This document shows positions 28,923-38,248 of a DNA stretch of 64,000 nucleotides, one piece after another (within the stretch, counting starts at the first letter, position 1; the number at the start of each line of letters is the position of its first letter). The stretch comes from Pseudomonadota bacterium (lineage in GTDB: Bacteria > Pseudomonadota > Gammaproteobacteria > JAKAQQ01): contig DAHVLZ010000011.1 in assembly GCA_027320085.1 (NCBI GenBank), positions 32,001-96,000 of the forward strand. The letters are read 5' to 3'. Made by a program: the position numbers and the translations under genes. The notes below the pieces were generated by a model, which saw only the letters and a program-made list of their open reading frames with translations, was not told the DNA's origin and searched no databases.

Positions 28923-31223
28923 TCAGCGAAAGGTGTAGGCGACCTTCACGAAGAAGGCTCGCGGCTCACCCACCAGCGCCTGGGTAAAAGGCACGTTGTT
29001 GAACGTGGTATTGACGAAGGCGTAGTCGTAGTAGTTCTTGTTGAGGAGGTTGTAGAGGCTCACCTGGATCTCCCAGGCCGCATCCGGCCGGTATTGCCCG
29101 GTCAGGTTGAAGACGGTATATCCGGCCATCTTGAAGTTGGAGGTGAGACCGTTTACGGCATAGCTCGTGTATTGAGGACCCGTGTATTTTCCATAGAGAT
29201 CCACATCGAAGGGTCCCTCGGCATACCCCACGCCCAGGTTGGCCATGTGATGGGGGATATAGGAGATCGGCGCACCCGGCACCAGCGTTTGGGTGAGCGG
29301 GGACTCGAAGGCCCCGTAGTAGGCGTGGTTGACCGAGTAGTTGGCAAACCCGTACCAGTGGGCCCAACGCTTGCGCACGGCCAGTTCCACACCCTGGTAA
29401 CGGGCAGTGCCCCCGTTGTATTCGATCGAGAGCCCGGCATCCTGGCCGACCAGGGGGGTGTAGAAATTAAACTTGTTCTGGAAGTCCTCACGGTAGACAT
29501 TGAGGGAGGCCGAAAACCCGTGCGTGAAGTACCGGGTGCCGAGCTCATAGTCCTTGACGTACTCGGGCTGGACCGTCACCCGGGGAATCACACTCTGCCC
29601 GCTGGAATTCGCAATTCCGATGCTGCCGTAGTAGGCACTGATCTCGGGCACCTTGAAGGTGCGGCCGGTGGCGGCGTAGACAACCCAGGACTTGAGGATC
29701 CGGTAGCTGATGCCGAGGGTGGGCGAAGTGTAATGCTCCTTGTTGCTGACCGTGCCGCCGAAGCTGTAGTAATAGCCGGCGTTGTCGGCATCCGTCGTGT
29801 CGATCTGGGTGTACTTGATCCCGGGCTCGATGTGCAACCGGTTGTGGAACAGACGGATCTTGTCCTGGACGAAAAGCTCCTCGAAATCCCGCTGGTCACG
29901 TTCGTTCCAGGCATCGTTGTAGAGCACATTTTGGGGAACCTGGGGGCTCCCGTACCAGTACTCGGCCGAATGGAGCGTGCCATAAACAATGTTGCCGCCG
30001 ATCGTGAGCGTGTTGTCCGGAAGGTCGATCCGGGCGGTGGACATGAATCCCAGGCTCGAGGTGTTGTTGATATAGAGGTGGTATTTCGTTCCGTTGAGGG
30101 AGGACCCGAACAATCCGATCGGGTTGTAGTAGTTCGTGGGCGGGCTGTAGGTCGCCCAGGATTCGGGCTGGTTGGGCAGGATGTAGGGCTGGTTCGGGCC
30201 CTGAATCTCGAGCGGGTTGGCGTAGGAGAGCCGGCTATAGGTATTCCCCATGTAGTAGGCCTTGGTCGTGAGCTCGATGGCACTCGTCAGCGCGGTGGAA
30301 AGCCCGGTGATCACGATCGTGTGGTGATCCTGCTGGTTCGAATAGGCCCAGCTGGTCGGCCACTGGTAGCTGGATCCGTACTTGTCAATGAGCGGGACCG
30401 GGGCCGTGTGCGGGGTATGGCCCGAGTTCTCGTTCGAGATGATGTACGTGAAGAATTTGGATGCCCCGTCATTGAAGCGCTTGACGGTGGCCAGGTAGAA
30501 GTTGTAGTTCTGGTTGGTGACATGCTGGAGCCAGCCATTCGACTGCTGGCGCGTGAAGTCGACCAGGGTCCGGAACCCGTCGAGCGAACCGGTGTTGACC
30601 TTGCCCTCGATCAGGCTGGTCGCAAAGTTGCCGAGCCCGAGGGCGACCGTCGCGCCGAACAGGTCGGAAGGCTGCCGGGGTTGATAGGCAATGGTGCCAC
30701 CCAGCGAATACAGGGAGTTCACGGACGGGTTGTTGATGCCCCGGTAGATCTGGATACTGCCCAGATCCGAGAGCGTGAGCGGAATGCCGTTCCGGACCGA
30801 GGCGAAGTTGGTCGCCGACGCATTGAACAAGTCGTTGAGCGGGATTCCGTCGAAGGTCTCGGAAATCTGATACGAATCGAAGCCGCGCAAGGTCACATGG
30901 CTGCGGATCCCGTTCGGACCATAACTATTGGCATAGATGCTCGGGGCCTGGGCCAGGATGGTCTGGGTGTTTACAGCCGGTGGAGCCGTCCGGATCGACT
31001 GGAGACCAATCGATGAAACCGTATAGGCGGCCTTGCGGTTCCTGGCCCGGAGATTCTTCTTTTTGATGACCTTGGCTTTTTTGCTGACGCTCCCGGCATA
31101 GACCGGTGGAGGGCTCGTCCGGGTGGCGGCTCGGGCAATCTGGGGTCCCAGGGCCAGCCCGACGAACAACAGGAAAGAAGCCGGATGGACACTGCGGACA
31201 GTGGGGATTCGGAACTTCGGCAT
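28923..31223 (-). CDS. TonB-dependent outer membrane receptor
   Basis: Signal peptide, plug motifs (TLRGF, FDGIPLND, SLGGTIAY), QPE, YNLLNKNY, C-terminal VAYTFR. Confidence 0.92.
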   Translation of the reverse strand: MPKFRIPTVRSVHPASFLLFVGLALGPQIARAATRTSPPPVYAGSVSKKAKVIKKKNLRARNRKAAYTVSSIGLQSIRTAPPAVNTQTILAQAPSIYANSYGPNGIRSHVTLRGFDSYQISETFDGIPLNDLFNASATNFASVRNGIPLTLSDLGSIQIYRGINNPSVNSLYSLGGTIAYQPRQPSDLFGATVALGLGNFATSLIEGKVNTGSLDGFRTLVDFTRQQSNGWLQHVTNQNYNFYLATVKRFNDGASKFFTYIISNENSGHTPHTAPVPLIDKYGSSYQWPTSWAYSNQQDHHTIVITGLSTALTSAIELTTKAYYMGNTYSRLSYANPLEIQGPNQPYILPNQPESWATYSPPTNYYNPIGLFGSSLNGTKYHLYINNTSSLGFMSTARIDLPDNTLTIGGNIVYGTLHSAEYWYGSPQVPQNVLYNDAWNERDQRDFEELFVQDKIRLFHNRLHIEPGIKYTQIDTTDADNAGYYYSFGGTVSNKEHYTSPTLGISYRILKSWVVYAATGRTFKVPEISAYYGSIGIANSSGQSVIPRVTVQPEYVKDYELGTRYFTHGFSASLNVYREDFQNKFNFYTPLVGQDAGLSIEYNGGTARYQGVELAVRKRWAHWYGFANYSVNHAYYGAFESPLTQTLVPGAPISYIPHHMANLGVGYAEGPFDVDLYGKYTGPQYTSYAVNGLTSNFKMAGYTVFNLTGQYRPDAAWEIQVSLYNLLNKNYYDYAFVNTTFNNVPFTQALVGEPRAFFVKVAYTFR

Positions 31224-31300
31224 GGCGATCTCCGGGTGGATCGGGTGGGGGATTTCCGTTGTGTCGGAACCACCAAGCCACTGGCACTCCCGACGCTGGC

Positions 31301-31367
31301 ATCTTGCCGCGCAAACGTGTCAGGACCGTGAGACCTCCATGATCCGAACGTGATCAGGGAGTGACAG
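31301..31367 (-). promoter_or_regulatory. 11-bp-period PHO-box-like array plus candidate -10
   Basis: Minus-strand units GTCAC, ATCAC, ATCAT, CTCAC, GACAC ending at 31361, 31350, 31339, 31328, 31317; then 10 nt and CAAGAT. Confidence 0.65.
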
Positions 31368-31415
31368 GCGTCGGGCCGGAAACCGCAGGATCGCCGTGGA
31401 GAGTGTGATGTTCTC

Positions 31416-31444
31416 AAAAAAAAGCCGGGGCAAAGCCCCGGCTT
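31416..31444 (-). terminator. Rho-independent terminator after the second TonB-dependent receptor
   Basis: AAGCCGGGGC-TTT-GCCCCGGC-T8 on the minus strand. Confidence 0.88.
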
Positions 31445-31467
31445 GTAACTGTCCGGTTATACCGCGG

Positions 31468-33837
31468 TCAAAAAGAGGCCGTCAGCGTCACATAAGCGGT
31501 CCGCGGAGCGCCGGGGTAGGCGAGAAGCGCCCCCTGGCTCTGGGGGACCACAAAGTAACCACCGCTCGAGAAGTACTCGGTCGTGTTGTATTCACGGTTG
31601 AACAGGTTGAGCACGGTGAAATCCAGCCGCAGGCTGTGGAGCGGATGGATCCGGGGCAGGCCGATGCGCACCGCCGCGTTCCAGATGGTGTAGGCCGGCT
31701 GGGTCGAGCGGGTGGGAGCCCCCTTGAGGTTGCTGAACAGGTACTCGGCCCCGTTCTCGGTCACCCAGAGCCGGGGGGTGAGAGTCAGCCAGGAATTCAC
31801 ATCCACATGCCAGCTGCCACCCAGGTTGAAGGTCCGGTTGGGCGTGTTCGAGACGGGCAGGCCACTATAGTTGACGCCGCCCACCGTGTAGTTATTGAAA
31901 ACCGCGTGCTCGAACGACAGGTTGGCAAACAAGTGGACATCCGGAATGGGATCGTCGTCCACGAACAGGTTGACCCCGTCGTAGTGGGAACTCCCGAAGG
32001 CGGAGACCAGATACTGGCCATTCGCGCTCGAGATCGAGATGATCTGGTTGCTGTAGGTCAGGTAGTAATAGTTGAGGCCGGCAAAGAACGCGCCCAGGGG
32101 TCCGCCCGTCGAACGATACTTGACACCCACCTGCTTCTCGACACCTTCCTCGAGCTGGAGGGAAGAGGCCAGGATCTGCTGGTAGGGTCCGCCCCCACCG
32201 CCCGATTGCGGCTGACGATAGGACGTGCTGTAGTTGGCGTAAACCGACCAGCCGGGGAGAAAACGCCAGTTGGCAAAGAGAGACGGCTCGAGTCCCGTGA
32301 GGCTGGTTGACGAGCTGGGCAGCGCCGCCTGGTCGTGTCCCGTGGCATTCGGGAAATCCGCGGATCCGTACACGTAGTAGTCGGTTCCATAATGCACGAA
32401 GCGCAGGCCCGGGGTCAGGGTGAACCGGTCGGGCAGATGGATCTCGTCCTGGGCGAAGAGGGCCACCACATTCTGCTGCCAGATATCGCTCCGGTAGGAA
32501 CCATTCGGCGCCACGTTGCTGCCGCCGAACAGCGGATTGTAGAAGGCATTCTTGGAGTTGTACTTGCTCGTGATCCAGAAGGCCCCGAACTTGATGTCAT
32601 TGGCCGGGAGCAACAGGCTGAAATAGGCCCGATCCCCGTAGGCATAGCCATGCGGGTTGTTGTACTCGTAGCGGTTGGGCTGGTCCTGCTGGAAGTTGTA
32701 ATCGTGAAAATGGAAACGGGAACCATAGCGGTACCAAAGCTCGGTATGGAAGCCGAGATCCGAGGACAACGCCAGGTTGCTGCGGATGTAAAAGAGGTAG
32801 GTCCGATTGGCGTCATTCTTGTTCCAGACCGAATAGGGCAAGGCGCCGTAAAAACCCGTGGTCGCCTGGCTGTAGAGCGGTCCGGGGATGGGCGCGCCCG
32901 CAGCGGTGAGCCCGTTAACGGTGACGCCCGCGATCGGCTGGACCGGCACCACATTGGGCCGGAACGCCTGGCCATAGGCGGTATAGGCACCGAAACTCAC
33001 ACTGCCCGTGGCAAAGCGGTGCCGCGTCTTGAAGAACCAGGCATAGTCATGCCCCGGGCTGGAGAACCCGTCGGGGGTCGAGCGGAAGCTGTCCTGATGG
33101 CCCACGCCGCCGGCCAGGACCGTCTCCCAGCCGTCGATCCGGCCGCTTTGTCCCTGGATGTAAAACCCCCGGGTGGCATCCGAGCCGGCCAAAAGGCTCA
33201 CCTTGAACCCCGCGTTCGGACCAGGCTGGACGGGCACAAAATCAATGGCTCCGCCGATGTTGTCGTACCAGCGGTCGGCCGGCTCGCCGGGTCCGTAGGT
33301 CACGGCAATGTTCTGGATCATCTCAAGCTGGTTGACCTCCGGTGACTGCCAGAGTCCGGAAGCGACATTGTTCATGGGAATGCCGTCGAAGTTGACGGCG
33401 AGCGACCCATCGTCGATGGTGCCCCCCGAAGGCCCTCCCCAGCCCTGCTTGATCCCGTTGATGCTGAAGGAAAACTTGGTGGGACCGCCGTTACCGTAGC
33501 TGCTCACGGCCACCCCGGGAGCGATGGCCAAGGCCTGGGCGGCACCAGCGGCCGGTCCCGCAGCCCGGATCTCCTGGCGACCGAGCACCTTTTGGGCAAC
33601 CGGAATCCGGAGCTGGGCCCGTTTCGATGCGGCTTCGAGCGCAAGCCGCCGCGAGTTTTTCCGGACCGAGCCGGCCTGGACCACGGTTCCGGCCGGTGGA
33701 GTCTTGGCGTGGGAGACCGGAACAGAGACGAGGCCCGCAAGGACGATGAGGCCCACTGTCCACTCCCGTGTCTTCCTCCCGTTGCCCGTTCTTTTCCCCA
33801 ATGGATTTTGGCTTTTATCGTTACCGACATGCAGCAT
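31468..33837 (-). CDS. TonB-dependent outer membrane receptor
   Basis: Signal peptide, FDGIPMNN, IGGAIDF, NLFNREY, C-terminal LTASF. Confidence 0.92.
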   Translation of the reverse strand: MLHVGNDKSQNPLGKRTGNGRKTREWTVGLIVLAGLVSVPVSHAKTPPAGTVVQAGSVRKNSRRLALEAASKRAQLRIPVAQKVLGRQEIRAAGPAAGAAQALAIAPGVAVSSYGNGGPTKFSFSINGIKQGWGGPSGGTIDDGSLAVNFDGIPMNNVASGLWQSPEVNQLEMIQNIAVTYGPGEPADRWYDNIGGAIDFVPVQPGPNAGFKVSLLAGSDATRGFYIQGQSGRIDGWETVLAGGVGHQDSFRSTPDGFSSPGHDYAWFFKTRHRFATGSVSFGAYTAYGQAFRPNVVPVQPIAGVTVNGLTAAGAPIPGPLYSQATTGFYGALPYSVWNKNDANRTYLFYIRSNLALSSDLGFHTELWYRYGSRFHFHDYNFQQDQPNRYEYNNPHGYAYGDRAYFSLLLPANDIKFGAFWITSKYNSKNAFYNPLFGGSNVAPNGSYRSDIWQQNVVALFAQDEIHLPDRFTLTPGLRFVHYGTDYYVYGSADFPNATGHDQAALPSSSTSLTGLEPSLFANWRFLPGWSVYANYSTSYRQPQSGGGGGPYQQILASSLQLEEGVEKQVGVKYRSTGGPLGAFFAGLNYYYLTYSNQIISISSANGQYLVSAFGSSHYDGVNLFVDDDPIPDVHLFANLSFEHAVFNNYTVGGVNYSGLPVSNTPNRTFNLGGSWHVDVNSWLTLTPRLWVTENGAEYLFSNLKGAPTRSTQPAYTIWNAAVRIGLPRIHPLHSLRLDFTVLNLFNREYNTTEYFSSGGYFVVPQSQGALLAYPGAPRTAYVTLTASF

Positions 33838-33920
33838 GATGATGATTCCCCAGGTTAGGTTTTATGAATAGACGCCAGTCACGGGGGATCCCCCTTGGGA
33901 GGATCCCCGGACCGATGCAT

Positions 33921-34685
33921 TTAGGCCGATACGTTGAGATGGACCCACAGCGCGAAGGTCGTGTTGACACGGGTCATCCGCGGCTCGAACGGCGGAAAGT
34001 CGGCACCCCGGACCGCCTTCAGGGCGGCATGGTCCAAGATGCCCGAGCCGCTCGACCGCACCACCCGTGCCCACAGCATCTGGCCATCTGGCCGCAGGCG
34101 GAACTCAACCAGAGTCCGACCCCGGAGTCCCATCTCCCGCGCGATGGACGGCACGACGAGGGCCGCACGAACCTGCTGGCGCAGGATAGCGGTGTAGAGG
34201 GCCAAGGGATTGATGGCACCCTGAGCGGCCGGCGGATGACTGGCGGACGGGTGGGGCAGGAAGAGGGCACGCGGGACCGGCAGGCCACCCGCCACCGGGG
34301 TGAGCGGCACGAGATGGGGCAGAACCGGGGTCAGATCCGAGGTCGGATGGACAGGAGGCGGGGGCTGCACCACCGGCTTCGGGGGTGTCCGCGGCGGGGC
34401 GACCAGCTTGACCGAGGTCACGGGGGGCGGAGCCGTGGTCTGGGACAGCTGCCCCGTCATCACCCACAGTCCGAGTCCGGCCATGAGCAGGAGCTCGACG
34501 GCGATCGCCATGCCGGCCGAGCGCCAGAAGGGCGGCCGGAGCCCATCCATCGCAAAAGCGGTTTCCGCGGGGGCCAGGCGTGGCCGGGCCGGAACCGAGG
34601 ACTCCGGATGCCCGGGTCTTTTCAGGGACTCCGGGCCTAGGTCAAGAACTTCTACAACGGCATTCATGGCAATACTCCGGTTCAC
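33921..34685 (-). CDS. tonB: Energy transducer TonB
   Basis: TM helix, Pro-rich linker, C-terminal P..AR...GR..VEF....G...VVRSSGSGILDHAALKAV. Confidence 0.85.
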   Translation of the reverse strand: MNRSIAMNAVVEVLDLGPESLKRPGHPESSVPARPRLAPAETAFAMDGLRPPFWRSAGMAIAVELLLMAGLGLWVMTGQLSQTTAPPPVTSVKLVAPPRTPPKPVVQPPPPVHPTSDLTPVLPHLVPLTPVAGGLPVPRALFLPHPSASHPPAAQGAINPLALYTAILRQQVRAALVVPSIAREMGLRGRTLVEFRLRPDGQMLWARVVRSSGSGILDHAALKAVRGADFPPFEPRMTRVNTTFALWVHLNVSA

Positions 34686-35389
34686 GCATCAGGAAGGGAT
34701 TGGGATGGTTTCGGCGGCTGCGCCCGTTCGGGCCGGAACCGGTAACCAAACCGGAAAACGGTTTCAATCACCTGGCCCTGCCCGCGGGCCAGTAGCGCCT
34801 TGCGCAGGCGCGCGACATGGGCATCGACCGTGCGGAGATCGACCTGCGAACGACCGCCCCAGAGCACTTCGACGAGTTCCTCGCGGTGATGAAGACGGTT
34901 CGGATATTCGAGGAAGTGGGCCATGAGAAGGTATTCCATGGGTCTCAGGTGGATCTCTTCGCCACCGATGCTCACGGTATGGTTCCCCACGTCCAAGGCA
35001 AAGGGACCGGCCTGGAGACGGGCTGGGGATGGCTCGTCCACGCCCCTATCCGACTCCCGACCCGCAACCCGCGGTCGCCCGGCCAGATGGGCCGGGTGCC
35101 CATCCATGCCCCGCACCGGTGACCGTTCCGGGATGATGAGACCGCTCCAGGCATGACGGCCCAGCCAACGCGCCAGTTCTTCCTGTTCGGCTTCGGTCAG
35201 GGCTGCACCGGCCACCACCAGCCAGTCGACCTCCTCCATCTCCGCCTCGGTCAGCCCACCGGGCACGACTTGCATGGCCTGTGACAGGAAATCGCGCTCG
35301 AGCAGACGCTTGAGACCGGGATCGAGCTGGTGCACGGGCCCGATCACGAGACTCTTGGCGCCGGCTGGAATCACCCGTCTCCACTCCAC
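34682..35389 (-). CDS. PhoB-like winged-helix regulator with a degenerate receiver domain
   Basis: C-terminal LRPMEYLLMAHF..PNRLHHREEL..LWG...RTVDAHVARLRKAL...IETVFRFGYRF; N-terminal VDWLVVAG has no phosphoacceptor Asp. Confidence 0.82.
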   Translation of the reverse strand: MEWRRVIPAGAKSLVIGPVHQLDPGLKRLLERDFLSQAMQVVPGGLTEAEMEEVDWLVVAGAALTEAEQEELARWLGRHAWSGLIIPERSPVRGMDGHPAHLAGRPRVAGRESDRGVDEPSPARLQAGPFALDVGNHTVSIGGEEIHLRPMEYLLMAHFLEYPNRLHHREELVEVLWGGRSQVDLRTVDAHVARLRKALLARGQGQVIETVFRFGYRFRPERAQPPKPSQSLPDA

Positions 35390-35429
35390 GGTCCTGCCTC
35401 CGGGTCACGCCCGCTACTTCGACGCGCCT

Positions 35430-35506
35430 ATCCTAGAAAACGAACATGTCGCCTTCGTGAATGACTCGTGACAGAAAAATGAATCAAAAATGACAAAAAC
35501 ATGACG
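35430..35506 (-). promoter_or_regulatory. Six-unit 11-bp-period PHO-box-like array plus candidate -10
   Basis: Minus-strand units GTCAT, GTCAT, TTCAT, GTCAC, TTCAC, GACAT ending at 35501, 35490, 35479, 35468, 35457, 35446; then 10 nt and TAGGAT. Confidence 0.8.
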
Positions 35507-35591
35507 GATATGCCGGCCCCGATCACCTCCACCGGCTGCAGGTCACACCCATGACGGAATGACCGGCTTTTCGGCCCGTGCCCGGAAGGTC

Positions 35592-35641
35592 TTGACTGAC
35601 CGGGCCGACATGCTATATTTGATTAAAGTTCATAAATCAAA
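35592..35641 (+). promoter_or_regulatory. sigma70 promoter of umuDC overlapped by an inverted repeat
   Basis: TTGACT (35592), 16-nt spacer, TATATT (35614) with extended TG; TTTGATT-N10-AATCAAA at 35618-35641; AAGGAG RBS follows. Confidence 0.72.
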
Positions 35642-35655
35642 AGGAGATCTCATCG

Positions 35656-36237
35656 ATGTCTCCCCGTGGTGGCCGGAGAAGCGGTGCCGGCCGCAAGCCG
35701 GGCAGCGGACGCTATGGCGAACCCACCCGTCCGTGGCGCATTCCGCAGAGTCTCGAACCGCTCCTCGCAGCCTGGCTTGCGGCCCATACCGACCGGACAG
35801 GCCGGCGACCCCAGGCCGTAGCTTCCCTGAAACCCGCTGGCGTACGGCGCACCCTCCTCCGTCCGACAGTCCGGGTACCGGCGGGTTTCCCCTCCCCGGC
35901 CGATGATTTCTTCGAAGCAGGCATCGATCTCAACGAACACCTCATCGTGGCCGGACATGAGGCCCAGACTTTCCTTGTCCGGGTCACCGGCTGGTCGATG
36001 ATCGGGGCAGGCATCCATGACGGGGACGAGGTACTGGTCGACCGGGCGATCGAACCGCGCGATGGGGCGGTCGTGGTCGTCGCCCGTAACGGAGAATTGT
36101 CGATCAAGCGCCTCCGGCTTTCCGACGACCAGATCACCCTGGTTTCCGAAAATCCGGACTATCCGCCGGTCGTCTGGCGTGAAGGTGAAGACTGGCACTT
36201 CTGGGGAGTGGCCATCCGTGTCCTTCACCGTCTCTAG
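35656..36237 (+). CDS. umuD: UmuD (S24 autoprotease) with a UmuDAb-like N-terminal extension
   Basis: VPAGFPSPA cleavage region, GWSM Ser, SIKRL Lys; N-terminus [22 protein letters not shown]. Confidence 0.88.
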   Translation: MSPRGGRRSGAGRKPGSGRYGEPTRPWRIPQSLEPLLAAWLAAHTDRTGRRPQAVASLKPAGVRRTLLRPTVRVPAGFPSPADDFFEAGIDLNEHLIVAGHEAQTFLVRVTGWSMIGAGIHDGDEVLVDRAIEPRDGAVVVVARNGELSIKRLRLSDDQITLVSENPDYPPVVWREGEDWHFWGVAIRVLHRL

Positions 36238-37519
36238 CCTTCCCCTGACCGCCTTGATCGACGTCAACAATTTTTACGTTTCCTGTGAGCGTCTGTTTGA
36301 TCCGTCACTCGCCGAACGGTCGGTCGTGGTTCTTTCCAACAACGACGGATGCATCGTGGCGCGTTCGGATGAGGCCAAGGCACTGGGTTTCCCCATGGGC
36401 GCCCCATGGTTCCGCTGGCGCACATTGGCCCGCCGCTCGGGAACCATCGCGCTGAGCAGCAACTACGAGCTCTACGGTGACATGAGCCGGCGCATCATGC
36501 GCCTGGCTTCAGGCTTTGCCGACGAGCAGGAGATCTACTCGATCGACGAATGCTTCCTCAGCTGGCACCCGTTCCCGGCCGGCCGCTCCGCGGCCCGCAC
36601 CGGAGAGGCCATGCGCGCCGACCTCGAGCGGTGGACCGGTCTACCCGTCAAGATCGGTTTGGCCACAACCCGGACCCTGGCCAAACTGGCCACCCACTGG
36701 GCCAAGACCCGACCCGGAGCGGTACTGGCATGGCCCGAGCTGTCGCCGGATGAACAGGCGGAGATCCTCCGTCGGACACCCCTCTCCGCACTCTGGGGAA
36801 TCGGCCCGAACCGTGCCCACCAGCTGGGCCAGGACGGCATCCTGAATGCGGCCGATCTCGTCCGCTGCAACCCCGGCCGGATCGCCGACCGCTTTGACCG
36901 ACCCCTCGCACAAACCGTCCATGAACTGCGTGGCACGCCCATTTTCGGCAGCTCCCATCCCTCACCCACGGCACGCCAAAGCATTCTTTCGAGCCGCTCC
37001 TTCGGTGGCCCGGTGACGGATCCCGCCCTTTTGGCCGACAGCCTGTGCGTCTACATGAGCCGGGCCGCAGACAAGCTCCGTGGCGAGGGGGCCTCCGCTC
37101 TCACGGCCGGCATCTGGCTGGAAAGCCGGCAACGGGGCCGGCCCCGCCCCATCACGCGATGGCGTCTCCAGGGACTCCCCCGTCCGACTTCCGACTCCCG
37201 ATCCCTGATCGCCGCAGCGCTGGCCCTGCTGGCATCCCTCCACGAACCCGGACTCCCCTACACCAAATCCGGTGTCTACCTGGGCGATCTCGTACCGGAG
37301 GGTGCCGGCAGCGGCAACCTGTTCGATCGCCCAAACGCTACCGGCCGCGAGGATCGTCTCTCCCGTCTCATTGACGAGATCCACCGGCGCTTCGGTCCAC
37401 ACGGCCTGGGCTACGGGGCGAGCGGCCTCGCCCATTCCCCGGCCTGGAATCCCAAACGGGACTTCCGCTCACCCGCCTATACCACCGACTGGCATCACCT
37501 ACCCCTCGTCCGCGCCTGA
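36218..37519 (+). CDS. umuC: Y-family DNA polymerase V catalytic subunit
   Basis: [55 protein letters not shown]; start uncertain. Confidence 0.93.
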   Translation: MSFTVSSLPLTALIDVNNFYVSCERLFDPSLAERSVVVLSNNDGCIVARSDEAKALGFPMGAPWFRWRTLARRSGTIALSSNYELYGDMSRRIMRLASGFADEQEIYSIDECFLSWHPFPAGRSAARTGEAMRADLERWTGLPVKIGLATTRTLAKLATHWAKTRPGAVLAWPELSPDEQAEILRRTPLSALWGIGPNRAHQLGQDGILNAADLVRCNPGRIADRFDRPLAQTVHELRGTPIFGSSHPSPTARQSILSSRSFGGPVTDPALLADSLCVYMSRAADKLRGEGASALTAGIWLESRQRGRPRPITRWRLQGLPRPTSDSRSLIAAALALLASLHEPGLPYTKSGVYLGDLVPEGAGSGNLFDRPNATGREDRLSRLIDEIHRRFGPHGLGYGASGLAHSPAWNPKRDFRSPAYTTDWHHLPLVRA

Positions 37520-38248
37520 TCCAAAAGCCGGTGACCGGATGCGCGTCACCCGGAGATCATGGATATCCGCGCCCTGCTGCCGGGCACGTCGTTCGAAGCG
37601 GGTGGGCACCCGAAGGGCGGCCGGATCGTTCCGGCATGCCGCGGGTTGGCAGAACCGGGAATCAGCGGCAAAACAGGCTGTCATGGCCGCCGCATAGTCC
37701 GCATCGTCAGTGGCGAGCCAGATCTGCCCTCCATCCCATAGCACCCGGGCCAGGTGGTCCAGAAGGGGCGGAGCCACGAGGCGCCTTTTGTGATGGCGCC
37801 GCTTGGGCCAGGGATCCGGGAAAAAGATCAGCACCCGGTCCAAGCAGGTCTCCGACAGGGACTTCTCCAAGACCTCCAGGACATCGGCCGCATACAGGCG
37901 GAGATTCGTGAGCGGGGCCGACATGAGCCGCATGAGTAGGGCACCCAGGCCGGGGCGGTAGACATCTACTCCAATAAAATCCTCGCCGGGGAAACGGCGG
38001 GCCAGGGTTTCGAGATTGACCCCATCCCCAAAACCGACTTCGAGCGTCAGGGGAGCCCGACGGCCGAAAATGGCCTGGGCGTCAAATGGGGTGTGTGCAT
38101 CGAGACCGTAACGGGGCCAGCATGAGGCCAAAGCCTGGCGCTGGGCAGGGGTGAGACGTCCCTCGCGCCGAACATAGCTCCGGACCGGCCTGAGTCCGGA
38201 TCCGGGCTCAGGCCGCCGTGTCGCGCCGGGGAGAGGAGGCCGAGGCAT
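37499..38248 (-). CDS. trmB: tRNA (guanine-N7) methyltransferase
   Basis: [43 protein letters not shown]. Confidence 0.94.
   Translation of the reverse strand: MPRPPLPGATRRPEPGSGLRPVRSYVRREGRLTPAQRQALASCWPRYGLDAHTPFDAQAIFGRRAPLTLEVGFGDGVNLETLARRFPGEDFIGVDVYRPGLGALLMRLMSAPLTNLRLYAADVLEVLEKSLSETCLDRVLIFFPDPWPKRRHHKRRLVAPPLLDHLARVLWDGGQIWLATDDADYAAAMTACFAADSRFCQPAACRNDPAALRVPTRFERRARQQGADIHDLRVTRIRSPAFGSGADEG

Noticed and set aside
28758-31016. 752-aa + strand ORF, and similar long antisense ORFs over infB, nadB, the SSS gene and gatB
   Set aside because: Shadow ORFs caused by high-GC codon bias opposite well-supported genes.
31224-31467. Cobalamin riboswitch or Fur box before the receptor (contains GCCACTG)
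   Set aside because: The motif is on the wrong strand and isolated; no GATAATGAT-like box; the 11-bp array explains the region better.
33883-33909. GGGGATCC...GGATCCCC hairpin between tonB and the receptor as a REP or terminator
   Set aside because: No U-tract and no clear additional copies; at most an mRNA-stabilising stem.
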